Of a DNA stretch of 64,000 nt, positions 39,002 to 52,930 are shown piece after piece. Source of the stretch: Stylophora pistillata (taxonomy: Eukaryota). The notes under the pieces were generated by a model that was not told the DNA's origin, made no database searches, and saw only the letters and a list, made by a program, of their open reading frames with translations. The stretch lies in assembly GCF_002571385.2 (NCBI RefSeq), contig NW_019217886.1, positions 184,029 through 248,028 on the forward strand, in the 5' to 3' direction. Within the stretch, counting starts at the first letter, position 1. Each line of letters begins with the position of its first letter. Position numbers and translations under genes: made by a program.

Positions 39002-40289
39002 GAAAAAAGCTTCATTTCTTAGGTCACTTTTAGATTCCGACGAAATACACTTTGATCTTTGCAAGATAATTGTCAAATAGAAACTTTTAACCAATCGTAT
39101 GCTGAGAGTAATCGTTATTCTTTGGTCGGCGGTAGGTTACCTTGAAGACCAGCCGCTGAATTCAGGTACTGAAGGCTCTTAGTTAAAGGTTGAGCTTTGA
39201 CTGAAAGAGTCAGCAGTTTTCTTTGTAAGTTTAGAAATTAAGCGTACCGCTAAAGATTGTAACAAATGATTCTATTGTTTTTTTTTTTTTGTTTTCATGA
39301 GTGACACAAAGTTCATTTTCTTCAAAATATTATACGTTTCTGAATTTTGTTGATGGTAATAGCATTTTGAAACATTTTCATAGCGAGTGTCAATCAGAAA
39401 AGGAATTTCGCGACATCCAGAACTGCGTAGTGGAAATACTTTGTAAAGTTAGGTGCGTTGATTTTGTATGAAGAAGAAGAACTCGGATAGTTGGTGATTT
39501 TCGTGTAGCTAAAGAGTTAGCCTGACTTAACTTATGTTTTAAAATTGCAACAGAAGACCACTTTTTCGAGCTTTCAAAGAAGTTGAAAGCTTATTAAAGG
39601 TTGACTTCCATTTAGACGTACTATAGCGGTACAAAAAATTCGTTTCTTAAATAGACTTGATTTGACTTCATAAAATTTCTTTTCGTTTTTGCGAGCAAGG
39701 GATCTTTGTTTGTACTGGAAATGCAGCCTTTCACCTGTTGTAGCACTTAAGCGCGAACGGGCCAGCCTTTTTGGCCAACCAAATGTGATTCAGAGAATTG
39801 GCAAAATCATTTTCCAACTCGATGTTGTATCGTTTGGTCAACCTTAATATTTCCACGCTTTGTATGTTAAACAGATTTTCTTGGATTACGTATCGCCACA
39901 GCGAACGGTGTATTGAAACATATTTTGAAAAATAAAATTCCATTGTTATAGAATCAAATTTTATTATCTCGTACGCTCGAAGAGAGTCTATAGAGTAAGA
40001 AATAACATAGCAAGTTCTAATACGTGGCAGATAGGCCAAAACTTTTTCTGCCTTACTTTGGAAGTTAACTTCAAAGGTAAAGGTAAAGGTCTCTATTTCT
40101 CTAAACAACATACGTGTTTAGTTACAATTTTTTAAGGTTGAAATCAAACAGGCGCCTCTGGCAGCCGTGTTTAGTCCGTAGCGATTTCACCTACCCACCC
40201 AACCCACCCCAGGGAGGACATCCAGCACACAGTAATCTCGTGTGTGGGAAATTAACGTCTCCCTACCCCAACCCTGCAGGAAACGGGAC

Positions 40290-40471
40290 CTCCATTTATT
40301 CGTCCCTATCCGAGAAGACTAGAATATCTAACCATTTCTTGATGTTAAAGAAAGGAAGCATATTCTTCTCAATTAATTTTAAGACCCTGAGTGTTGGTTC
40401 GGCCGGTATTGAACTCTCGACCTCCCGCACAGCAGTCCGGCGCTCTCCCAATTGAGCTAACCAGGCGGCGG
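40290..40471 (-). mobile_element. tRNA-derived SINE
   Basis: Minus strand ccgccgcctggttagctcaattgggagagcg (A box) ... gagttcaatacc (B box), followed by a non-tRNA body aacactcagggtcttaaa...tagtcttctcggatagggacg. Confidence 0.8.
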
Positions 40472-42241
40472 ATCTACTTATTGCTTCTTGTTAATGTTAA
40501 ATAGATATGATTTGGATATATCAACAAAGTTGAAGTGGTAAATTGGCCACCGTAACGATTACAAAAGCTGACGTTTCGACCGTTAGCCCTTCATCGGAGC
40601 GAATAGATATGCATTGAGCGCTTTTCGACTGATTTTCGTAAACCCTAAACCACAGAAATAATAGCGGCCAATCAGAGGAGGCGAAAATACCTTTAAGAGC
40701 CAATGAGAACTCAAAGTAAAACCAGCCAAACTGCCTAAAACGCGAAAACGCGTCTGACCAAGTTATGAGTGCTTTGCAGTTTTGCTTCTGATTGGTGGAG
40801 AGGATGGCGCTAGTTTTCTGGACCAATTACGGAGTAAAGAACAGCAAAACCAATGCAATCTCGGTATACTTTTGACACTCAATTGATTATTGCTCTGTTG
40901 TGAACCGCCATGTTTTCCGGAAACCAAATATAGCCAGGTTTCATCTAAAAAAAAAAAGAAAAAAATTTAAAAGACAATGATCTCTAATAGGTTCCAAAGA
41001 AAAGTTGAAAATCAGTGACCATGCAAAACAAATTTCAAGCTTTAGGTAACTTTTTGTTGGTCCCATGAATTGGTGACGGTTGATTTCGAAAAGTCAGTTC
41101 GACTGCAAAACAACCGTGGATTTGAATACCTTCTTACTTCCAAATGTTCTTTTCGTCTTGAAATTATTTCTGCAGACATTTGTTGTTACGAAGAAGCTTT
41201 TGATGATAAAGCATCTCACCAAACAATTGGATTTTGGGCTAAACGTCTAAAGAGGATTATTTCTGTTCGCGCAATTTTTTGGGTGACTGCTTTGTTAAAC
41301 GGCAAACGTGCAGTGGTAGGTTTTTTCACCAAAGCTCTTAATAATTTCAAAGTTGTACGAATTACCCTTGTATTTTTTGTCATCGTAATGCCTGTAATTT
41401 AGCTGAATGTTGTTTAGCTTTCATCAATTAACTTTTTGCCACCGTAAATTATCGGATTACCCAAAACAGAGAAAAGCATGAAGTCAAATACTCGAGGAGA
41501 TTTGGAAGTCTACAGAATAAAAACACATTTCGAAGCGAAGAGGTTTTCTTACGAATCGTTCCTTAAAAAATTTGGTGGTTTTCTGCGCTTTGTGCAATAA
41601 TTAAGTATCTTCTGAATTTTGCTTTAATCTCTAATTAGCGTCAGTGAAAAGCTCATTCCTTTATTTAAACGGAGAGTGTTTTTTGTGATGCAAAATTTGG
41701 CCTGACATCGCTTGACCTTGCATTGATTAGAGATGTCATCTTAGTTTCGTGCGTGCAAACTTGGGTTTGTTTACCGTATTTACTGAGTCGAGTTTGGTGG
41801 CACTTCAATAATAGATCGACCGATCTTTAAGCTTTTTAAGAGACTTATTGAGCCAATTTGGAACCACTGTTTACTGAAGTTTAATGAGCTGTAGTTCATT
41901 AGCATTGACAAATCTCGATCAATGATTGGGTCATATTTCGTGACGTATTTAAGTCTACTGTTAACATTCACGGATCGTAATTACTGCTGTGTGCGAAAGA
42001 GTTGTATTAATGTGTCTAAACGTTGAATGTTCTCGATATTTTAGCTTTATTTGCCCCAAAAGAAATCCATTCATGGGGGTTTAACGCGCCGAAAGCATAC
42101 CAACTCGTTTGGCCTTTGCGCGAATAGTATAAACCTTTCCATTATGCACCGGTATGTGCTGAACTGCTGAGCGAGAACATCACTACGTAAAAATGGTTTG
42201 TATACATAACTATGCCGAAAGGATTTTAACAAATTGTGGAC

Positions 42242-45200
42242 ATGATTGATGGAAAGATTTACGGCACGGATTGCTTCGAAGTCGAACTGGTAAGTGTTCA
42301 AAAGTTTTACAAACTTTTCCATAGTTTATAAAATTACCAACGGGTTATTAAGACGCGTGGATTTACCATCCCAAATAAGAATCAGCGACACCCGATAAAC
42401 TTCTTACTCCGATCGCATGTCTTCTTGTACATTAGAACTCGCTACATCTTTGGTGTCAATTGTTTCACTTTTTTCACAGTTTCTACAAAGAAACGAGTTC
42501 TCGAAGCTCTACCAGGTTAAAAGCAAGGAAGATGGGAAAATATACTTAATGGAGGTGTCCCCACGGGATGCAAATTCAAGAGCACCCGTCAGTCCCTATG
42601 TTCAGTTAACCAAAACATTGCTCTCTTCGTTTTGGGTTAGTCTGCGGTTCGCGTTTCAAACTCGGTCGAAATTTTACTTTATCCTGGACTTCGCTGGCGG
42701 CCAAACACTATCGCGAAAGCTGAAATTTTATGGTGGAAAAATTCCCGAGCCTTTAGCGAGATTTTATGCCGCAGAGATTGTCGTCGCTTTGGAAGAATTA
42801 CACAGCTTCCGCCTAGCTTACAAAGATTTAGATTTAGATGCGGTGTACGTGGATTCTGAGGGCCATATCAAGCTTTGGCGTAGTTTTTGTGGAAAGCTTT
42901 ACTGGGTGCATGGTGAATGCATTTGTTCGCTCGCTGGATTTTTCCACGGAGATCCGTGTAATAACAATCATAACCTTACAAATGAGTTTGATTTTCAAGA
43001 AGATTGGAAGGCTCTTGGAACTGTGATAAATGCAATATTAACGGGAGATAACAATCAATGGACTTCCGAAAACCCGTAAGTATATATAAACATATTTCTC
43101 TTGGCACGTTTTGCCATTCGTGTGGTTATGTTGTCATCACCTAATTCTCCAGTTACTATTAACACTCTACCGCTCTCTGAATCTCTCTCTCCCGTAAAAT
43201 AAATCGGTTATGATTTGACGCAAGTTCAAAATACTGCTTTCATTTTGGCTTCAGTCTGTAACTTACTTTTTATCGATTCACTCAAAGACGGGAAAGTTTC
43301 TAATTGACATCTTGACATTGTGGACCAAAGAGACCATTAGCATTTTAAATACGCATGTTTTTCACGATTTTAATTACCATTCACCGTCTATAAATCACCT
43401 TGTATTTGACGCGATTTTTTCTTCAATTTTCAACCTACTTCCGTTAGCTGCCTTCTTTTCTCCTATGTATGTTACATCTGAACGAAAATTCTAGGTAAAG
43501 TAATCTTTTGTTGTCGAATTGTCATGAAAGATATTGTGATTACATTGGGACAAAATGCAAAACAGTCTGAGGGATTTGATTGTCTTGTTCATCTACGTTG
43601 CTGGCTGATATTCAGAGTTTTTCAGCAATTAAATTTTCAGCTAAAAGCATATTTGCGAGAGAAGCTACCGAGGCACCTCATTCGCTCAAATTATAGTTTT
43701 CATGGAATGTTGTTGAATCAATATTCGGTCTTGAAATGGGTTAAATGTTGGAGACTTTGCCTGTTTATTAGACAGCTCATTGTTTTAAAACTTTTCGATC
43801 AACAGGTGGAAAAATTCGCAAAAATTCGTTTTGGAATCTCGGTAATTTAAGCTGGAAAATGTTTCGTTGCGAAGACAGTCGCAAAAAGTGGGCTTTACAG
43901 AAACACAGAATAGATGTTTTTATTTCTCGTTTTTCTTCCGTTGAAATTGTTCACCGGAATTACACGTTTTGAGTTTTCTTGCAACATTTTTCCGCTTTCA
44001 TAATTTACATTTTCCTAGCGACTGTTCTAAGAGTTTCTTTTAAGAAAGAGAAAACTTTTCACAGACACAATGACGAAAGAAGAAAAGGAAATCGTGCCGA
44101 GAATGGCAACACTATGTTAATTATCGAATTAAAACAGATTTAACTTGATTTGAACTATTTGGACATTGTGGTACAAGATAGATTTTAGTGGAAGATCATC
44201 AAATTCGATGTGATGTTCGAATGAAAATTCTTCTATTGCTTTCCTAATAGGCTCTGAAAGTTAGAAGGTATTATTCGAACATCACACCGAACAAATCTTA
44301 AATACGAGCGTAATATTCTTTTGTTTTCAAAGACTTTACAATTTTTAAGGGTAAGTCACCAAAAGCTATGTTGACCACTTTTCTTTGTGAAAACGATCAA
44401 CGTCAATTTTTTATTTGAATGACTATCTAGGCCGTTTGATCTTGTGTCACGTTTAAACCTTTAAGACTTCAAGGTGAAAGATCAATCACGGATTTTACTA
44501 TTTTATGCAGGAAACTTCGGATGATAACAATAGTTCGTTTTAATTTTCTGAAGAACATGGTGTTTATTCTGGCGTGGTAGTACGTGACGTTGAGTTTGAA
44601 AAAAGCTGACGAAGGTTTTTCGTCATCCAATTCTAAGTTCTGTCAAGTGTCTTAAACAATACGAAAGCTCTTTTGTTATTGTTTTCCAGATTTATTGTAC
44701 AGATTTGACGTAAATTCGTTCGTGATTTAAGTTTTCGAGTGGGTAACACGACTTCATTATGCTCGACGTACAGCAATGTTAATGTTTGAACAATTGGTTT
44801 CTTGCGTAAGCGAAATGACCTCGTTGGGTTTTATCAAAGATTTCATCGAAGATCTACAGAATTTTCTCTTTTTTTTTTTCTCGTTTTATTTTTTTATTTT
44901 TCTATTTTCAAGAATTTGTTGTAGATCAGTACAGCTTACGCCGTGATGCGGGAACACGTATCCGTGCCGCGTGCACTCGATGATTTCTTGACTCGCGCAA
45001 CAGATTACGGGCTGAAAAGGTTGCTGTTCTCAATTTTCTCTTCGGTTACCTGGCAGTGTTAGTATGTAGTTGCAAAAACATTCATCTGGAAATAATTGTC
45101 CAGAATACCACCAAAACGGCAACGCTGTGACACAAATTTTAACACTAAAATCCTAAAGGTGCAGTTTACCCACAATGATCATACGCGTCACTTGCTATTT

Positions 45201-48200
45201 GAGAATGCCATAGCGCACGTGCCAATCGCGTGTGTCTCGCCAGTTTTAGACATCAGATTTGTCAACAGAACCTAGAAGGAGGTCAAGCTAAGAAAGTAGA
45301 CGCCAGAAAGGTCTCATTTTTTAAAAGTAATCTCTCTCAAGTCATCGCTATTTCACTCTTGTTCAAGGAGATCTCGAAAGGATTTAGAGATAATTAATAA
45401 TTTGTTATTAGTTTTGCTCGTGTGGACATCATAATGGTAATCTGAAAGACAGGCGACAGTTACTTTACATTTATCTAAGCGAGCGGAGGAAAGCACATGG
45501 CCAGCGTGAGCGAATCGCGAGGAATCAGTAACGCGCGAGAGGAAGAAAGCGTAAAAAAGTGACACAGGCGTCATGTCATTCTCGCTACTCTATTTGGGCT
45601 TGCCTCGTCTCTCGCGCTTTTCTCGCGCGTTTCTCGCACTCGTCTCGCGTTTTCCTCACTCCTCCCCCTCACTCGCCTCGCACTGTTTGCACGTGTGTTC
45701 CTCAGGCAACCCGAGGCATCTCTTTTCTCCTTCTACCAAAACATTAAAGCAAAACGCGAAGTACGTTTTACTTTATAAAGTATATTTCATATTTTTACAT
45801 TATATCTATAGAAGACCAGATAACCTGTTCAGTTACTTTGTATTAACACTATTATAACTATCTTCTATCCAGTGCCCTCTCGGCTTCAGCCAGTGATTTA
45901 ATAAGTAGACTGAGGCGAGGTGACATCTCTCGGGCTGACCAGATCCAGTCCCACCCGTTCTTCAAAGGAATTATTTGGCACGAGGTATGGTGCAAATGAC
46001 GTACGAAACATTCTGTTTTTATGAGGGCATTTTGCTCGAGAAAGGAGCAAATGAGAAGTTTCAAATGCATATCTTATTACAATTTTTGGCAGATTTGAAT
46101 CTTTTGTGACAAAGAGAGCATTTGGAATCAGTGCCGTAAAGCCAAACTAAAGCTTACCATAGCAGCCAATCAGAGCAAAGGAAAATATTACAAGGAACCA
46201 ATGGGAATTCGTGGGGAAAGAAAGGGAAAAAAGCGCGGGAAAAACGATTTACAAAGTCGCGATTGGTGTGAGTCTTGCATCTGATTGGTTGATAGGGTGG
46301 CAGGAGTTTTCTAGACCAGTCACAGAGCGTAACGGAAAAGAACCAATGTGGTCCAACATTGCTTGCGGTACTCGATTGGAATTCCTCTGTTTTAAGAATT
46401 TTAAATTTGTTTCATTTCCATTTGGGTGCATGCTTTAGAGGTGAATGAAATGGTGTGTGAAATTTGCGCCGCACTTTAAAGTAAAGTAAAGTTCTTTGAG
46501 ATTTCCGAAATTGAAGTACACAGTGTTCTGGCTTACTTCTCTTAAGCTCAAGCAAATGAAGATTTCAGCCGAGTCAGTCAAAGAGCGCGTTTGAAACTTT
46601 CATCTTTCAAAAACTTATCCATGGCTAATTTCGATGTCCAACTTTTAACGCCTCTAGAGGTAATTTGAAGTTCATTTGTGCCTTTCGCGTTGTTATCCAT
46701 TGTAATCAAACGAATCCAAAGGGCTTTCAATGTTTCTTAATGTTTAATGAATTACTTCGTTACCTCTGCAGTCCTTTGCAGAGGTAATGAACTAGGCAAA
46801 ATACAGTTTCTCAGACGTTTTATGAAGTAGCCCCAGGTGGTACCCGACTCCATACAAATATTTTTGTGTCTAGTTTTGAGATTGAATTTTCACAATATAT
46901 AAACAGTACAGTTATTGAACGATTTCAGCTTTGCCCATCAAAAATAACGTTTCCTTGGTAACCTCGCTTTCAGCACTTGGAGCAAAAGCTATTTATGAAT
47001 TTGCTTAGTTAAATGCAACGTCCATTACAAGAATGTCACTGCCATGAAAAATCGAAATTCGTAGGTGAAATGTTGATGTTCGATCATGGACAATGATCAG
47101 GGCTCTTCAGTTGGAAAAATGTGAAGTGAAAAACAGGGTGTCTAGAGGCAAAATGCTTCCTGGCAAGGTTTCGTTCATCGAAGCTCGAAATTAGCGTCCT
47201 AGCTGGAGAGAAAATTTAGCCGTGCCGTCGTGCTTTGAAGCAAAAACCTCTTGAGCTGGCTCAAATTAGTTAAATGAAAAGTTATTGAGGTGGTGCATGT
47301 AAAACGAACGACCAAAAAGTGTCGGAAAGATGCGGTAGTAAAATATTGATTGATAAATATTGTGAGGCGTGAGTAGTCCAGGGGTCAGTGCGCTGGACTC
47401 TGGGTCAGACGGCCTGGGTTCAAGTTCTGGCTGCGTCGTGACGTTGTGTCCTTAAGCAAGACGCTTCACTCACATGGTTTCGTCTTCTCGGATAGGACGT
47501 ATTAATTGTAAACTGCCGCTGGCAGTCTGGAAAAAGTCCCCCGCACAGTGTTGTAAAGCGCATTAGAACATAGCATAGAAATGCGCTATAGAAATTGATA
47601 TTATTATCATTAACTATTCTTATCGAAACTCGATGCGATATAAGTAGCGATAATTCAACGTTAAATAGTCAGACAATATGATTCTTTCTATTACTTTTCT
47701 GAAATGACTTCCAGGTGAGAACGAGGAAGGCACGACCATCTGTGAGCACGGACAAAGGATCCAATTCCTCTCCAGTTCAAACAAATCCTTCCGCTGGCTA
47801 TTCACCAACTGGGGCTAATATAACAAATCTACCTTCTTCGTTCTATCGGCCTCATAGTCTGTCGCACCACAGTGACCCGGGCGATACGAGATACCTCAAG
47901 AGCGCCCCTGACTATATGGTGCATGAGTCCGGTCTCTGCAGTGGGTTTTCAACCCCTGATCTCCGATCGATTAATCAAGTAACCCCGTTCTTGCGACATC
48001 ATACGTCACTTCCGCCAAGAGACATGTACTATCACTATGGAAACCCTGGTTATCCAAGCACAACACCGCGTGATTTTCAATCAAGTCCCGTGCAAAGGAG
48101 GTTAGCTTCGCGTTCTTTGAGTGATCTTTCTGCTTTAAACGGACATGATGATGCATTTGTTCCCAACCCCCAAACGACCCTAAATGAAACGTTCATCTAC

Positions 48201-50868
48201 TCAAATCATGAACTTGCTCCGCAATACGCCAGAACATTTTATACGCAGCCTGGAAACCATTCAGGAGTTTTGAATGGCGATTATGCTCTGCGTTCGACTG
48301 GCAGTTTTCCTGATTTAAGGAGTAACGTTGGTCCTTTCACTTCATGCCACTACACCTCCCACGATGGAAGATCCTCACCCACCCCCTCTGGGTACATTGA
48401 TTACAGTTCATGCACTGAGCCACCCCTCCGTGGCACATTTATGCTACCGCATCAAACCTTGCGTTACCCTTATAGCGACATTGGTGTGTCGTCACTGGAT
48501 AATTTTAGTGTAATAGGCTTACGAAGATGGGAACGCAGTTCGACAAGAGATTCGGAAAATCATCGCGGCAGTTCGGAACCCGAAAATAACCCTCGTGGTA
48601 ATCCACATTCACTTCATTCTGAGCGGAGTGCAATCGATGCTTCATCGTCCCCAGGAAAAAATCCTTCAAACAAGTCGTCTACTCAACAAAGTTCATCACA
48701 ACGTTCGGATTTCACGAAGAAGAACGACTCCGATCGAACGTCTACGAATACCACTCGTGAACGTTCGTCGACGCTAACTCGTACTCTTTCGTTATCCGAT
48801 ATGGAAGAAGGAACCAAACACACTACTCCGAAAGAAGTCCGGGAAACTAGGCGAGATAGTTTGCCAATTGGTGTCAGTAATGCAAGAGAAAAGTACCCTC
48901 TAGCCAGAGTTCCCATTCCATCATTTCGCGAATTTAAACAGAGGAATTTACTCGAAGACACTAAAAATAAACCATTGATTGAAAAGAAAGATGCGAATGA
49001 TGGGGAATCACAGAGATCGCCGAGGGCAGATTCTAAAACAGAATCTAAAAGCAAAATAGAGATGCGGGAAAAACTGAAGGAAAGGCTGTCTTCTTTGTAC
49101 GAAAGCTCAAAAGACATCTCGGCTCAGAATTCGACAAGAAAGCTTAGCACCTCTTACAAGTTGAATTCTTCGAATGGTGTTACCTCAGAGAAATCCTCTC
49201 TCATCAAATCGAGTGATTTAACAGAAACAAAAGGCAGTATTACAAAGGATATTAAGGACTTGGGCGGCTCACGAAAGATTTCTAGGGGCCGACGCGAAAG
49301 CCCGTTTTCGAAAAACGAAGTGATTCATAACCTTATGTTGAAGTACGGCTTATATGAAAAAGGCGGTCACAAGAGGGGAGATGGTTCGCGAGCGGACGCA
49401 AAGGACATTGGCTCATCGACGGATAAAGTCAGTTCTCGCGAAAACCAAAGAAACAATAAAAATTTAAAACATATTTCATCGGCTGCAAAGTCTGAAAACG
49501 TTTTGTCAAGGGAAGAGAGAAGAACGCAGAATTATTCGCAATTGAAAGAGTCCACTCCTAGAGGGAGCGCCATTTCTGATCGAAAAACTGCCACAGCTGC
49601 AACATTTGAATCGAAAAAGTCCGCCGCGGAGAGGTTTAGAGAATTGCGAAGAAAGCATGTTCTGCAGAATGATTCTGAAGATTCTCGAGCTGCAGAAAGA
49701 TTGACATTAACAAGCAGGGGAAAGACACTGGAGAGGAATTCTGTAGTAACTGCCTCAATAACCGAAAATGGCAAACAGACACCGAGGCGAGGAAAAAATC
49801 AGAACAACTCTGGTGAAATTCAAGGAGGTGATCACACTTCTACCCCAGCAGGCTTAAGAAAAGCAAATTCAAAAGTTGAGGAAGGAAGTATGGCATTATA
49901 TGAGAACACTGCGAAGCGAAACGTCGACTCGAAGTCGAATAATAACTCTGAGACATCAATCCAAGGGGAATGTTCTATTGGTCTCCGAGGTACCTCCAGG
50001 GCAATTCTTTGTGCGACAAAATTTAAGAGAGCTGCTAACAAAGGCTCGAGAAAATCAAACGATTCGCCCTTGCCAGACAAGAAAAAGCTGGGAGACATTA
50101 TTACCAAAAACGATTCAGCAACTAAAATTGTGGTCGAGAAAATGCAAGACGGAAACTCTATCGAAATCAAACGGGATGAATCATTGGGGAAACGATCACC
50201 GAATACCGGACGGCGAGATTTCCGAACGAACGGAAAACTTCGGAAAGGCGGTATTCACACGAGCATGCTCAGTGTGGCCAGCAATGCATGCTTGACCGAT
50301 TCTGAAGTAGATGATACCATTAGCTTGTACAGTAAAATGGACTCGCTTGATAGCGAGCGAGAAACAAGAGGACGTAGGTGGGAGAGTTTCCATAGCAACA
50401 TCAGTGCTGACAGTGGCTCCGCCCACATGTTTGAATTCGATACAGATTCCAATACGACCGAGTTCGAAGAGGAGGTGTTCGATGACCGTGGTTCTGAAGG
50501 TGAGTCGGGATGTAATCATCTTGAAAAATGTTCGCAAGGTTGTATTGACGCATTATCGTTTCATTACACGTGTTTTCACCGCGATGGATAACCAAAGCCC
50601 TCTATTAACAATATAAATTTTCTCATCTTCGAGATCAAATTGATACAAAAGATTTCTCGTTAAATTTTCTCCTAAGTGTCGAAACTAATCTATTATTGGG
50701 TCATTTTGGTTTTATTAAGAGTTGATAATGTAAACTGGCCACCATAAATAGTTTCAAAGTTGACGTTTCGCTCGAACGAAGGGCTAATGCTCGAAACTTC
50801 AGCTTTGAAACTCTTTACGGTGGCCAGTTTACATTATCAACTCAGTTGATTACACTAAAATTACTTTT

Positions 50869-50901
<33 letters not shown>

Positions 50902-51912
50902 TGAAACTCACCCCTTTTAATCCGTTGTTACATTGGTTTTTTTCCCACCTCACTCTGTGATAGGTCTAGAAAACGCGCTCCTCCGTCTTAACCAATCAGA
51001 TGTAAAACCGAGCCAATCGCGACTTGGTCGCCCGAATTTTCCCGCGCTTTCTACTCTGAGTACTTCTTGGCTCCTTGTGATATTCTTCTTTGCTGTGATT
51101 AGCTGTTGAGAGTATTTCGGAGTTGGTTTTACGACACACTCACTCTAGAAGTGCTTTAACGGGCAGTTTCTAAAATCTTGACCCTGTTTTTTTCTTTCCA
51201 GATGAGCATCCTAAGAGCGAGGCCGAAGTGGAGCGCACAGACAGTGGTGTCGGAGGTGACATGGGACAAGGTCCCGTGAGGCGCTCTTGGGAGGAAATTG
51301 TGATGAAGAGCTCTGAGCACTGGTCCGTTGTGGCTGCCTCCGCGCGGCACTGGCAAGAATTGGCCCGTAGGAAAAAAGCAAATGACGACGAAATGACCAC
51401 AGCAAGGAAACGAAGTTCTGTACATTCTATAACTGAAGATATGGTAATAATTCTTTCCTCCACCAAATTAACTAGTGGCGGATGCAGTCCTTGAGCTAAG
51501 AGGGTGAGGGGGGGTTCACCTGCTGGCTTTTCTTCCCTCTGCGTTTATTTTTTTTACCAAAATGAGGGGGAGGCTGCTCGGGCCTTCTGTGCCCCCCCCC
51601 CCTTAGATCCGCCATTGTTAATCCTCTCATTCTCTTAATTTCTCCGTATAATTTCAATATATTTTCAAGCATAAAAGTGAGGAAAAAGGAAATTTAATCA
51701 CCCTTCGTTGTTGTCAACGTTTCTAGGTCGAGTGCCCAGATTGTTTGAAGCACTATGTTCCAGCAATAATTAGCGAAGAACAGAAAGACAATAGTAAAGA
51801 ACCGGAGATTTGTCCCAAGTGCAAAGACAGAAAAGTGGAGAGAAAAGAGGCCATTATTGAACTTGTACAAACCGAAATCAACTATGGAAATGATCTTCAG
51901 ATCTTGAAAGAG
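42242..51912 (+). CDS. AGC-like pseudokinase + long low-complexity linker + CxxC/CxxC + DH (RhoGEF) domain start; 3'-partial
   Basis: Phase-compatible exons 42242-42289, 42480-43075, 45873-45984, 47715-50499, 51202-51443 and 51727-51912. AGC hallmarks LRFAFQTRSKFYFILDFAGG, ARFYAAEIVVALEELH, DSEGHIKL and IQSHPFFKGIIW. The last exon encodes CPDC..CPKC..ERKEAIIELVQTEINYGNDLQILKE (DH conserved region 1). Confidence 0.8.
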
Positions 51913-52930
51913 GTAAGTGACTGAGCATACAATTGGCAGGTCGTAGCGCGCCTGGTGTTACTGGATATAAAATAGGTTTGCCAACTGATAATGTGAAAAA
52001 AAGTTGCGCCTATTGGCGTGGTCAGCGGTAGGTAAGGCGGCGATAAACCAATAAGAACTTAGAATATTCAGCAACAAAAGCAACCTGGCGCGAAGGCGGG
52101 GAAACAGCATTAATCGATTCAGGATTTTCTTTGAGTTCAGATGTGATTGACTGAAAGTAGCGGGAATTACATGACAAACTTAGCATGGTAGAGTCATCCG
52201 AATTGCAAGCTCACGAAATTCAGCTCAAGGCTGTTATGTGCAACCTTTTTCTCAAAGAGGTTGCCACAATGCCAACGGGTTGTTTCCATTTCAAGCTCGC
52301 TTTCTCAAAAACAAAATTCGTAGATTACACATGGGCCAATGTTAGCAGGATTCACGTTCGGAAGACAGGCTACAAAAGTGATATCATCTGTCTTTTTGCC
52401 TCTTCCTTGGAAATTCCAGCCTATATGATGAAAACCATGAAACTTCTAGGATGAATTTGCTGTTAACTGCCACTATTTTTTTTCATGGCCCATAATCTTT
52501 TTCTTTCTCTTTCCTTTCACAAATTTTAAAACAGCCATTAAGACCTCCTCCTCTCACTCTCGTGGATTCGAATTAATTTTTCAAACAAAACTCCAAAAAA
52601 TACAATGCGACTAACTTTGTTGGTTAATGACCATGGTATTTCTGGTCAAATCATAACATCGCAGAAATGGTTATTTCAAAAGTTTTTTCGCTCCAGTTCT
52701 ACCAGCAACGTGGATACTAAGTTATCCGTAATGTAGTCAAAATATCGCCGGAAAAAACTAAATAAAAAAATCCCTACTTCACACAACCTCTTATTAACTA
52801 GTCATTTCCAGCCGAACATGTTCCTTTTCATCATCAGCCACTGTTCTTAAATTGAGATAGATGTCTATTTCCTACAATGAGAGTTGAAAAAAAATCAAAG
52901 TAGTCGATGGAGTTCCGTTGGACTGAGACC

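Noticed and set aside
48683-50537. Several antisense ORFs over the large RhoGEF exon (likewise over DZANK1 and the enzyme exons)
   Set aside because: Shadow frames of real coding exons.
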